Origin: Ramazzottius varieornatus
Lineage: Eukaryota > Animalia > Tardigrada
Direction of reading: 5' to 3'
Assembly: GCA_001949185.1 (NCBI GenBank)
Contig: BDGG01000001.1
Coordinates: 1,298,263 to 1,362,262, forward strand
DNA: 64,000 nt
The position numbers and the translations under genes were made by a program. How positions within the stretch are numbered: the stretch's first letter is position 1; each line of letters begins with the position of its first letter. Shown here one piece after another: positions 24,507 through 36,560 of the stretch. The notes under the pieces were generated by a model. It worked only from the letters and a program-made list of their open reading frames with translations. It did no database searches and was not told the DNA's origin.

Positions 24507-25326
24507 CTTTTCTGAGTAAAGCCTCCTCCAGTCTGGAGGCTTCTTCTTTGTCTGAAGCTCTTTTGGTAGCGGTCAAACCGATGCGAAAGGACTTTGCTTT
24601 GACGATGCTCAGCCTTCTGGCTTGCTATTGTCTTCCTTGTCGTGTAGAGAGAGATAGATAGAGAGAGAGGGAAAGTCTTGGGGAAAGTCTCGACCTGGAA
24701 TTTTAAGCGAAAATACGGCGACTGCATTGGACATCTCACGACTGGATTCTGTCTAAAAACAATGCTCAGCTTTTGTTTGGACGATGTCATTGATATTTGG
24801 AATCAAGCTCTTCAGGAACAACAGAGCGACAGCCACATTCATTTCTGCCGCCAGTTTCTAACTTTCCATAGGGCCAGAGGGTTAGTGGATTACCATGTTC
24901 GCGTGCAGATTACGCTTGAAGTTTCATCCTACCGTACATGATGTTGGAATTTTTGATCGAAGTAGAGCGAAGATATTTTGAGACGTCATTGAACAGGGAT
25001 AACTCTTCGAACTTAATCAAAGGTTCTTTTGACCAATATCGTTCTGAAACAGTTTGAGTCGTTCGGTACTTCCGTGTTCTCGATCCATGCGTAAGTGCAT
25101 CCATCCAGTAATTTCCCACTACATAAAACAACAGAGTTCTACTGAAAATACGTTACATACGTCACGGTACTTGACACTACCGTTCTCTAAACGTTGGTCA
25201 TCTTGACGTCGCCAGCAAAGCAAAGGCGAGACAAAAATTGTCGGATAGTCAGCTTCCCAGAAGTGTCTGTTCCGGTACTCAAGTACGCGAGTGATGCGAC
25301 CTTCGTTACTTCCGTTTCCCGAAACA

Positions 25327-25334
25327 TATAAAAG
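25327..25334 (+). promoter_or_regulatory. TATA box of Pro-rich gene 1
   Basis: TATAAAAG about 110 nt upstream of the ATG at 25438. Confidence 0.5.
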
Positions 25335-25437
25335 CCTCTGTTCTCACCATCAAACATTGAACCATAAGTTTAGACCTTTAAAACCTTCCTGCGATCTCTA
25401 GTAGCGCATTTTCTCATTTCTTCTAAATCTTACAAAA

Positions 25438-25785
25438 ATGTCCTTCATAAAGTGCTTCTGTTTGGCCGCGATTGTCGCTTGCGTCCTTGCCCAACCTGTT
25501 CCACCAGGACCTACTGCAGGCACCGCGCCACCGCCAGCTCCACCTACAGGTAACGCTACGGGTTCCCCGCCACCCCTACCACCGGGCGAGGCACCGCCGC
25601 AACCTCCTCCAGCCAACGCCCCTCCACCAGCGGGACCGCCTCCTCCAGCTTCACCTCCAGGTGCACAAAACGCACCGCTCGTGCCACCGGTCGGTAATCC
25701 AGCAGTCGCTACTATGGAAACCTCCCGCGCACCACAACAGCCCTCTGCTGCTCCTTCCACTCCCCCTCCTCCTCCTGGCAGATAA
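25438..25785 (+). CDS. Small secreted proline-rich protein, paralog 1 (intronless)
   Basis: Signal peptide MSFIKCFCLAAIVACVLA followed by QP; Pro/Ala/Gly-rich; N-glycosylation sequon NAT. Confidence 0.85.
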   Translation: MSFIKCFCLAAIVACVLAQPVPPGPTAGTAPPPAPPTGNATGSPPPLPPGEAPPQPPPANAPPPAGPPPPASPPGAQNAPLVPPVGNPAVATMETSRAPQQPSAAPSTPPPPPGR

Positions 25786-27017
25786 ACCAGTCAATGTTAA
25801 TTCTGACCTGTGCTTTCTTCGCGAACGTTTATTCATTTTTTCCGTGGTTATATCGCTTCTCATGATGCTTTCAATCTCAGTCTCGCGCCAGTAGCTTATC
25901 ATCGGTCGTAATGACACCGGACTGGAGAATGAACCATAAAGCCTATGTCTCCCTTCCGGAATGGTCTGTTGTACTCGATTTTTCTAACTAAGGTGAAAAC
26001 TGAATCGGGATGACCTAAGCAGTTCAGTGCCCACACGCGATGGCGTAATTTCGAGACCGCCAGGACTGAAGTGTGCGACCAAAATAGCGTATAAGTTAAG
26101 GTTGAAGTGCGGGTGTCGATTTGCCCATCAAGTCCTAAAATAAAAAATGCAAGTAACGCAAAAGCCAAGAGTACTGTATTACCTCCAAGGTTTTGCGCAG
26201 TATGCCATCATGCCAGTAAATTACACCCGCACTGATATCCCTGATTTTTTGCTTGTCGCCCATCATTGCACGTGATTTGCGAGTAGTCTTTGATTGAAGG
26301 CATCGATATTTTCGATGGCCGCCAGGTGATAATAACGGGCGTGTCAAGCGATTGTGCAAAACCTTGGAGGTAAAACAACTGTTTCCACTGGACATGGAAC
26401 ACACTGTATTGCTTCTCGCAAGTCGCACTTCGCTACCTACGTCATCATACACGTGCAGTAGAACTTCGGTCCGAAAAGCAAGCCTCAGCATGCCCCCTTC
26501 CCCCCTGAGTTATGAGTCACATGCCTGTTAACATACTCAACGGGCCTCAAGATGGCTACAAATCGAACGCTGTCGTAGATCCGCAAAATATGAGATCTTC
26601 GGTTCGGTCTGATTGTATGGTCGCATCCCTCCTTGCAATCAAGACAGGCCAAGTTCGCTAGCGTCTGCCGAATGCATTGTCAGCATGTCAGTGAACAATG
26701 AGTGCTAGCTGATCCAGCAAGAAAACTTGCGTGCTTCGAAGACAGCAGAGGTCCTTGTTTGTGTCTCCGTGACCATGTGCGTCAGAAACAGTACCAAAAA
26801 ATACACTTCTTTGAATTTTGGCTATCTGTGGTCCAACCTTGAAAACATGAACGAGATAGAAACTGCCGAATGGACGAATTTCCTTCAAGTGTCTGTTCCG
26901 GTATTCAAGTACGCGGTATCCCATTTCCATCTTCCGCGGTAGCAAATATAAACAGGTCACTTCCCCTTCCTTGCTACCATACCTTGAGTTTCCATCCTTT
27001 TCGTTCATTCTGACACA

Positions 27018-27473
27018 ATGTCGCTCGTCAAGTGCCTGTGTTTAGCTCTTATAGTCGGCTGCGTGCTAGCCCAACCTCCGCCACCAAGACCTCCTCCAGG
27101 TGGTCGACCACCGCCTCCACCAGGTAACGGCACAAATCCCCGACCACCACCACCTGGTCAGGGACCGCCGCCACCACCACCTGGTCAGGGACCGCCGCCA
27201 CCACCACCTGGTCAGGGACCGCCGCCACCACCACCTGGTCAGGGACCGCCGCCACCACCACCTGGTCAGGGACCGCCGCCACCACCACCTGGTCAGGGAC
27301 CGCCGCCACCACCGCCCGGCAATGGTCCTCGTCCGCTACCGCCAGGCCAAGGGCCTCCACCCCCACAACCAAACAACCGAACAGCCGCTGAATCGCCACC
27401 TCCCACCGGGTCTCCTCTTCCTGTAGATGGCTCCCCACCGCCGCCTACGCAAGACTTTTTTGCTCCCTACTAG
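27018..27473 (+). CDS. Small secreted proline-rich protein, paralog 2 with GQGPPPPPP repeats (intronless)
   Basis: Signal peptide MSLVKCLCLALIVGCVLA followed by QP, homologous to paralog 1. TATAAA at 26947. Confidence 0.88.
   Translation: MSLVKCLCLALIVGCVLAQPPPPRPPPGGRPPPPPGNGTNPRPPPPGQGPPPPPPGQGPPPPPPGQGPPPPPPGQGPPPPPPGQGPPPPPPGQGPPPPPPGNGPRPLPPGQGPPPPQPNNRTAAESPPPTGSPLPVDGSPPPPTQDFFAPY
27144..27312 (+). repeat. 27-nt coding tandem repeat x6 (ccaccacctggtcagggaccgccgcca)
   Basis: Near-identical copies, including at synonymous sites. Confidence 0.9.
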
Positions 27474-29082
27474 TTAAATGACGTGGTAGCCAAAGGGTTT
27501 ATCCTGTTTTTCCTTCTCATACCAAAAGAGATCTCGAGAAAGATCCTGCTGTATTTCGTTCGGGATTTCTGCTTTTTCTTTTTTCAGTCCCTTAGTTTTC
27601 GTATTTGGTTAAACTTGCTACCACCTCTTCAGAATTGTAGCGCCCTCGTACGGATCGCTTTCGTATCGAAAAACGTATAGATAGGTAGACAAGACATTGT
27701 TTTTTCCCTTCATGAAAGTTGTCTCGGTTGGTCGTGCAGGTCTCGACAGCATGACGACTTTTAGTAAAATCGGAGGAAGTCAATATGGACAACAACTTTT
27801 GCTACTTTTGAGTCAGTTTTTAAAATTCTATTTTGCCGTCTTTGCTGTTAGTGTAGTGTCTAAAGACCAAAATAAAATAGAAAAAATGATCACTGTACTT
27901 GTAAAATGCTCAAAAAGAAATATGTATGGCTTGAATTAGAAGTCGTGATTTTTGTCGTTGAAGGGTAATTTCCGGCAAAACAGATGAGCTCTGCGGTTTT
28001 CATTCATTTGTAGAGTAAGCTCACCATTCCTCTGTCTCCATTAGGTTTTTTATTACATTTAAAATCAAGCTCGAGCTTGTTACTCAAGTCTGGGTTTCTA
28101 GAGACAGATTTTCGTTTGTGCCGAACAGCTTTCTCTACCGGAAGTCAGACCGATAAATTTCCCCAGCCGTCTTGCATCATGTCAAAACAAGCTCTGCTTG
28201 GTGGAAGCAACTTAGAAAACTGACTGGACTACATGAAAAAAAAGCATTAGCGCGAGTATTGCATGGAATTGCATCACTCCTAAAATGTGAGAAAAATGGA
28301 ACGTTACTGCGAAACTTCGTCGTTTGTGCTGCACGAATATTGAGCAATTCAGAATGTGATTTCGTCTTTAACGGAATAATACTATGTATCAACGACGTTC
28401 GTAGTGTACTGCTGTTTTCCGTTCTCTTTCGATGTATCGCTATCGGGTTTTGAGTTCGTCGAAGTCGCTGAGTCAACGAGACCATTAACGTGTATGCTTG
28501 TCACATTACAAAGTCATTATGAGCAATTACGGCTCCATGTTTTCTTGATGTAAGCGCCTGTCCTTCAGCGCAGTCATTAACTCCATCAGCTTAATGGCTT
28601 CTGACAGCCAAATTTTGTTCACGTTCCGAGCCAATCCAGACGCCGTTTTCGGCTGCCGGCTATCGTCAAAGAATAATATATAGAATGGAGACCGTTTAGT
28701 CATGAAAACAACAGCTGCGCGCTCGACGTTATAACAACTTTGTCCAACTGCTGTGGAGCGGACTCATTTACGGCTAATGTACAGAAGCCGCCTGTCACTT
28801 GATACCCGTTAAATGCCCGCAGCTAATTTACATCCCAATAATTGACGCGATAAAGACAAGCTGATTTACTAAGCGCTCACTTAATCATTTGCCCATTCAA
28901 ACTACACAACAGTTAAACCACTTGGTGCCAAAGTTATACCGTTAGATATGCTCAATTTTAAACGTTCCAATTTACCCGTCGAAGGTTCTGAACATCTAAC
29001 TTCGGTCTAACCCAAAAAGGTCGAGTTCCGTTGATCTCATTCTATCCAATCGTTGTGTTCAATTTCCGATGTTTGCTCCACA

Positions 29083-30060
29083 ATGCCGTTTCAGTCGTTC
29101 ACAATTGCGGAAATTTTGAAACCGAACTCTAGTGGGGACAACGGGACCGAGCTTCCGTCGGTTGGCGTCAAGAGCCATTCTCACGCACGGGATCATTTTT
29201 TTCCTGCTTATTCATCTTCTGTTTTGTTCTGGAATAAGCCGATTCTGAGTTCTATGTCGAATACTGAGAGAAATGCTATCCCAAAAAGCTCAGCTGTTGA
29301 CCGGCCTTCAAAGTCTTCCAGTTCGAAGACAGCGCATGTCGAATCCAGCAGTTCGAAACGAAGGAGATCGCGAACCGTTTTCTCCGATGCACAACTCGTT
29401 TACCTTGAAGAAAGGTACGTGGAAAAAACTGCCGGTTGGGCGTTTACGTTTTGATTACTATAAAAACCCGCTGCGTCCGCGCAGTACGTACACATACGTG
29501 ACGATGCACCCCCGCAGGTGGTTGAACAGGCAGTAAAGCCGGACCGGATCTGTACTTCACGTGTACGATGACGTACTGCGCGGACGCAGCGGGTTTTTAC
29601 AGTACTTAAGTATGATTGATGCAACAAACGACCAGCACGAAAGGCAGACAGTTTTGTTACGAAAGCTTTTCTGCCTAGGTTTACTATAAATAAGTACCTG
29701 ACAACACCGGATCGGACCAAAGTCGCACGAAGTCTTGGTCTTACCCAACTTCAAATCAAAACCTGGTGAGTCGAATTCAGATGTGTAATGATCGAGTTAG
29801 ACTACAGTCTTGGTATAACGCTGTTTTCTACATGTAATCGTTGTTGAAATTTCGCGTAGTCGAAATCGGTCACTTTTTTGATTTCCGTTAACAGGTATCA
29901 AAACCGAAGAATGAGATGGAAGAAAGCTATATTGCGAAACGACGGCCATTCTGCCGGAGGGTTATCAAGTTGTCTCCAGAAGAACAAAGGTCGACCCCGA
30001 AAGGCGGAAGTACGGACGAGGATACCTGACGCGACGCCACCTGGTGACAGTGAGAGATGA
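29083..30060 (+). CDS. Barx: Barx-family homeobox transcription factor; exons 29083-29414, 29679-29765, 29895-30060
   Basis: eh1 motif SFTIAEIL; homeodomain [59 protein letters not shown]; downstream KNKGRPRK resembles the Barx basic region (KPKGRPKK). Confidence 0.85.
29456..29604. mobile_element. MITE in Barx intron 1
   Basis: TIRs tactataaaaacccgctgcgtccgcgcagtacgt and acgtactgcgcggacgcagcgggtttttacagta. Confidence 0.8.
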
Positions 30061-31800
30061 TGTGCCTCAGGTATATTAAACGCATCGACGTGCTCAACAT
30101 TTACTTGCATGGAACCAGAACCCCATTGTGGTCTTCTCGACTCATGAAACCATATCAGTTGGATTGTTTTTCAAGTACTACTGTGTTGTAGAATATTTAG
30201 GCTGCCGTTTCAATGAACAAGAACTGTGTACCGGCGACAGATCGTCAAGATGGATTGTCTCTTGTTTTCCGCTTCTCGCCGAGCACGAAAAATACACTTC
30301 ACCGGCATTATCTGGCGTGCAGTAGTACATAATGCAAGAAAAACTGACAGAATACTTCCTCCGTCCGTGAAGCGAAATACACATACTGCTGTTCTTTTTT
30401 TAAAAATCATTCATCTGGTTGAGCATACTTCGAGAAAGCGTTGCAGCACGAATGGTGGATACAGTTCACCGAGCAGCCTTCTGATTTTTCCATGAAACTC
30501 ACACAAATTTGACATAGAATTCCGCAGGTAGATCCCCGGATCTAAAACAGCCTGTTTTTAAACATCATTTAGGCTAAAATTCGAAGGAAAGCAACGCAGA
30601 AAAAGCCATTTTCATTCTGTCAAGAAGAGCTTTTTGTGTGTCCTAAAACAGGCAGTTTTGGAACACGGATAAATATCTATTCAGTACCAAAAAAGCTATA
30701 GTTTAGCTATCTCTTCGACCAAAAAAATCAGCGTAATTCAGGCCCGAATTCTGCTGTGCTTCCTAGCTAAAATAAAGGTGAAAAACATAATTTTTGGTTG
30801 TAAATTTAATTTCGTTGAAACTTGTCCAACCACGAAAAACTTCGTAAAATACCAAAAAGACAGTGAATTTCAAAATTGCACAAAGTGAAGCAGATAAACA
30901 ACCGAAACCGGAAAACATTATGTGTACCGAGCTCGGAATGAATTTCCTTAAGGCCGCAACAGTACGGTCCAAACAGAAAAGAATAATTACAAAAAGGTGG
31001 AAAAGGAGACGTGTCTTTCAAGTGCAGTTGAGATGACCTGTAAATTGAAGCAGTAGTTAGCCATCAGGTAGCCAGAATGTTCTTCAAAGAACATCCAAAA
31101 TGGCATCAGTCCCAAGCTGACTGAAATACGTACCACTCAGCTTACGTAGTGAAATCCGCGAGCTCGCTATTCGAACAAGGCTTCCGTCGTGCTTGCTGCA
31201 CGTGTCTTGTGATGCGCTATCCGTTTTATGTAAAGGGAACAACATAAACCTTGTGACGTGCAAAATGAGGTTCATCATATTATTACAAGAAGTCAGTCAA
31301 CGCAAGCACAATCAACGATGCCACAGGCACCAAAGGACTGGTAACGGCTTAGCACGCACAAGCACGACGCTCTTGGTAGCTCTAGTCAGCAATTGCGGGT
31401 TCTAAAGAGTGAGGTATTTACCTTGCACCTAATGTCTCCGAGCTCGGACAAACGAGGACGAAAAGCGACGCGATCGAACGAGATCACTACACGGTAGCCA
31501 AACGCAATCCGTTCAATTCCCTTGTCATGCTAGTCTACAGGGCAGCGGCGTTCTCGTCTCCAGAGTGGGTACTTTGCCGATCACGGATACGTTTCCATGA
31601 AGCGTTGCTTCTGGGAGCCGATCACAGGATAGGATCGCTTGTGTTCCGAAAAAAGGGGAGAGTTTGGAAAAGCAAAATTCAGAATGACCTGTTGTACAAA
31701 ACAGAACTGTTAAATCAAGCCGGGCGCGGTTGATTAAGTAGGGAAAATTTTCAGCTGTACTATTAAGGCTCCGCCTTCACCCGTTTTCTGTTCGGCCTGA

Positions 31801-34149
31801 CGAAGGGATTTAGCCAATGCTCCAGTCTTATTTCACAAACTGAAACGACAGATAGGTAAGGAGAGTTTTCTCTATCGACTGGGATAGACCAGGCCGGCAG
31901 GAAAAAATCCTGGAAGACACAACAGGAAGCGGAAGTGACGTCAGAATCTGGGCGGAACATGGTAAAGATAGAGACCATCAAGGAACATAAGTTTTACAGA
32001 AATGATATCTCGTAAAAATGATGGAAGCACAATGGAGCCTTACACCAGGCACACTTCAACAGCAACGAGTGGCTACAGTCAACTCGGTCACAAGGACCAA
32101 CTAGTCCCTCCAAACAAAATTCCGCAGGATTTACGTACTTGTAAGACCTGTCAATATATCCAGACAAATGCCAGGCTTGTGCGATGAGATTTTCAAACCT
32201 ACGAGAAGTGAGCTGCTGATAGATCAGCGAATGCAGCTTGAGAATAACGTCCCGATGGTGAACCTGTACAGATTGATCGTCCAGAAATATCCAATCTGAC
32301 ACCTTTCGAAAGTATCCTTTGTACATCCGAAAACACAGCACATCTAGAGGCTGGATCTGGCCGGTGACTTTAGGAGGAATCGTGATCATCTCGTACTCCA
32401 GTTTCTCTGGCTTGACTTCCTCTACAGCTTCTTGATCGGCAAACGTCGGCCAGGATCTGCCAGGAACATGCAATGTCCGTCCATTTGTAGGAAGAAAACC
32501 TTTTCGCACCATTCGACGACAAGCTCCTTTGTCGTTTTGCCGGTTGATGCGGTAACGTGAAGGTTGCTTGCTCTAAGCATCGTTCTTTTCACGATCGGCC
32601 CGAAGACACCTCTATCTTCCTGCAGTGTAATGGAAAGAAGGGGAAGATACTTTCGAGCACCTGGTGAGACACACATCATCACAGTGTAACTGTGAGTCAT
32701 GGAATTCTCAGACCGAGTGAGAGCAAGAAAGTGCTTTGCGCCTACCAAATCCAAAGTCCGAGCTGGCCTCATCTCGTATTCGAATCCAGAATGATCAGCG
32801 TTCCAGAGGCAGTCCAGTCCATATGCTTGAATCCTTGATCTGACGAGAGCAACGCATTCGTCGGCACTCTTCTTTCTATCTGGTTCTTCCTGCAGATACT
32901 TTTCTGTCACGAACTTGGTAATCTTGCAGTCGCAGATACCGTAGTACCTAAACCGCAAATTTGTTCGTTGAGGAATATTGACAACAGAAGGTTCACTCAG
33001 GCGTCCCTATCACCAAATAAATTAGAACACGATATGGCACTTACCGCTTAAATCTGCTAACCCAATAAGACGACGCTACAAAACCAGGAAGGCCGATCTC
33101 GCGATTCGCGGTGACAGCCCATCGCCGGATGTCTATGTCCTCCACTACGTGAGGCTTCTGCTTGGTAAGAAAGAACTGTCTTCCAGTCTCCAGTCGTAAC
33201 GCCTTCAGCTTATCGATACGCGAACCACCGTCTTCTACCTGCCGCTCCCATTCATTGAGCTGACGCACACTGGTAACTTTCTTGAATAAGGCTTTTACAC
33301 TTGACAGACTACGTCGCTTCTTTATAATGGCATTACTCCAGAATCGTACAGCACGTTTCTTGTAATCGAGATCAGCTCCTTGGCTGGACGGCACTTTTGG
33401 ATCGGGAATTCAAGGCACAAACAGCTCATGCGAAGAAGGTTCAGTTGCGCTTGAGTCAGGTTGTCCAAGGCGATCGTTTGGGGTTGGCTCAAAATCAGCT
33501 TCGCGATGTCCAGTCAACAGTTTGTTTTCTGTGACAGACTTTTCGAACTCTGCGAACGTCGGCATACCGATCTGTAGCTCGTACTGAAGATCGTCCTCGA
33601 TGGCCAAGATCGGACTTCCAGCTTGGTTGATGTGAATATCCAGGAAGTCTGCGAGCGAATGATGGATTCGGATAGGCTTCAAGTGTATACCTTATCAACA
33701 AGCCTACCATACCTTTGATGAGTGCCTTGAGCAACTTGTCATGGTCACTTGGAGAGTCGTTGGGTTGAAAATCCTGTTCATAGTCCATCTTCAAAAGCTT
33801 TAGGATGTTCAAGGGGTTAATAGAATCCATGTCTGCGATAACTGGAGGAGAGAAAACGAGAAAAGAGAAAGAAGTTTGACACAGCAATTAAAACTGTAGT
33901 GATCAGCTGCTCTTCTACCCATATAGTGTAACAGACCAATCAAATAGCGAATCAACCAGCACACAATCAAATTACTTGACTGATGCCGATGTTCCGCCCA
34001 GATTTTGACGTCACTTCCGCTTCCTGTTGTGTCTTCCAGGATTTTTTTCTGCCGGCCTGGTCTATCCCAGTCGATAGAAAAAACTCTCCCCTACCTCTCT
34101 GTCGTTTCAGTTTGTGAAATAAGACTGGAGCATTGGCTAAATCCCCTCG
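31801..34149 (-). mobile_element. Full-length Tc5/Tc4-like (pogo-related) DNA transposon
   Basis: TIRs of about 160 bp (cgaagggatttagccaatgctccagtc... and ...gactggagcattggctaaatcccctcg). The target-site duplication TGA (31798-31800 and 34150-34152) fits the TNA pattern of Tc4/Tc5. Confidence 0.92.
31994..33830 (-). pseudogene. Tc5-like transposase (CENP-B-type HTH + DDE_1 + C-terminal Cys motif), intron-containing and frameshifted
   Basis: Motifs FVASSYWVSRFKR|YYGI, LWNADHSGF, IPPKVTGQIQPLDV and KCAWCKAPLCFHHF. Intron at about 33043-32948; frameshifts near 33400 and 32460. Confidence 0.88.
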
Positions 34150-34479
34150 TGAGCTTTTTCAGAGCGTACAACCAAACTGGCTGAAAAATCAGTCACAAAG
34201 CTAAACGGTCCACCTGATTAACTACTCTGTCGCTCTGCTTTGATACAGCAGTGCGCGAGTGAATCGTGCAATTCTAACCGGGATCCCTTCATTTTGTTTA
34301 TACTCTAATCTCACGTATCGATGGTCTCACTGAGCAAGCAGCTTGGTGAAAGGGACCATGAACCACTAGTGCTTGTTCCTGACCAACATTTCTCCTCCCG
34401 CTTATTCCGACACAGCTCGCAGGAATGGCAGAAGCCATTTCAGAGACCGTGCACCATGGGGCAGCATCTCCACGTTCAA

Positions 34480-35850
34480 CCTCTTTACCAGGATGCTTGC
34501 CGTTGTGACCAACACGCTGCTCATCGTTCTGTAAGTCAGGGTTAAATCTGCCCGCAAACCTTCCAATGTTTACGTCATTAATCTCATTCTTGCTGTTATG
34601 GTCTACTTTTGCATTTTCTATCCTTTGCCTTTGTACAGCAAGAATCCCACCAGAACAAAAACACGGAGCTTCTGCATATTTTTCCGCTTCATCAACAGGG
34701 TGGTCGGAGGACTCATTATAAGCTCGCACTGCTTGATAGCACTCAACTGCTTCTGGGCTGTCTTCGCTCCCATATTTTATCGCAGTATCCATCGGGCGGA
34801 GTCACTAATTACGTAGACCAATACTAGTCTGTTTCGGCATTTGGTAGTACGTTGCATCCATCAACAAAGGTTTCAACAGCTATGGACACCGTGGACCTGC
34901 CGGCAAAAGCAACGTGAGTCCAGACCGACACTCGTAGTTTCGCCTACACAGAGTTATGTTGTGAGTTCCATGTTTTCAGTGCGGGCGAGACCAAAGAGCC
35001 GTTCCAGCTTGGTTGATCGCCAGCCTGGTCCAGGTGTACGCTCTACCCATACGAGGGAAAGGTTGTAAAGTTAGCCGTCCAAGTTCGCCTGTTCTCTCCT
35101 ACTTACTCCCAAACATTTATGGATATATCGATCGGTAAAATAACGGGCAAATGATCTTAGGTACAGTCAACGTGAAGATTCGAAAAATTCCAAGAGATCC
35201 GCAATTAAAAAAACGTTGAATCCCATGTTAAAAAGCGAAGACTGACAATCAAATCGTCAATCAAGCGCTAGACGCTACAACCGTGGCTAACATCACAAAC
35301 CCGGTATGGGGCGGCTAAGTTTACGACCTTTACCTCGTACTGTTTTAATTCGCCTGTCGTTGTATCCCTGCGTGTGTAGCAAATTCTTCGGAGGTAGCAG
35401 TCGAAAGGTAGCGGCTGTTAACCCGCCACCGACCGTTCCGACAGCTGGGAGCAATGAACAGGCGGTAGCACCACGATTGTCACTTCCTCATCCTCGTGTA
35501 AGCCACGTGGTGGCGCCACCTGTTGACAACCCCGAGGTCCGCAAGAATGTTTTTGTAGCCGAACCGGCTCTATTGGGGCCCAAAATTCGTTGGCGCTTTC
35601 GACGTGGCACAGTTTCCAACGGGAACGGCTCAAACCTCCTCACGTTGAGCTTGTTAACCTATTAATGCGACGATCTCTTTCCTCGTACCTCCGATGGCTC
35701 TGTTCTTCACACTGTCGCTGTTTGGTATTTATCTATACGGGATTGTCCCCTTCGAGCTGGTCATATTTTGCCTGTCCGGGATAATCAACTCACTGTTATT
35801 CCTGTTCACTGTGCGAACTCTTCGCAAAGCGCGCGCTATGGGCACTGCTT
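34480..35850 (+). pseudogene. Decayed rhodopsin-like GPCR
   Basis: TM1-3 read LAVVTNTLLIVL*...KPSNVYVINLILA...SHCLIALNCFWAVFAPIFYR with an in-frame stop. TM6-7 read PPMALFFTLSLFG...IINSLLFLFTVRTLR after frameshifts. Confidence 0.65.
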
Positions 35851-35929
35851 GTAGAAAGGCTTGAGTTTTCAGGGAAATTTCGGTGGTCGGAGGATCGAGC
35901 TTTCTCGACTGGAGCGGTTTTCGCACTTT

Positions 35930-36560
35930 TTATGAGCAGTTGCACATATTCAATTTCATAAACGCAATGCTACCGAGAACCCCACTTGGTTAGCTGTCTG
36001 ATTTATGCTTGTCTACAACCTGCCAATACTCTTCTGCTTGTTTTCCTACCTTTACGTATGTTGGAAGATTTACTGCACACGAAAAGTGGCGGTGGATATT
36101 TCACCGCGCACCGTCACAACGACTCAATGTGAACACCGCTACCACTTCGACATGAATACCCCTGCGTCAACACTCAACACTATCATTTCCGCCAGCTGAT
36201 GATGCTCACTTAAGGGTACATCTGGGGGACCAAGCGGTTCGCCGGGAGGAAACAGCGACTCCGACTAGATCCAGACGGAAATCCGAGTTGCTAGTCCGCG
36301 GCGGGAAAATTAAACATCGGAATCGCGCCAACTTCCCGACACTGATGTTGCTTACCATCACCATCGCTCTATCGCTATTTCCGATGGGCTTGTTCGTGAC
36401 CTTTTCCTTGTTCGGCGTCTACCTGTATGGGATCATCTACCTCGAAAATGTCATGCTTTCCTGTCCGGCATAATCGACTTACTGCTGTTCCTTTTCACTG
36501 TGCGAAGTTTTTGTAACGCGCTCCTTACATGTGTAAAGTGCGAAACGACTAGAGCTTTGG
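35930..36560 (+). pseudogene. Second partial GPCR paralog (TM5-TM7)
   Basis: VYNLPILFCLFSYLYVCWK and TLMLLTITIALSLFPMGLFVTFSLFGVYLYG...LLLFLFTVRS are homologous to the adjacent copy; internal stops are present. Confidence 0.6.
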
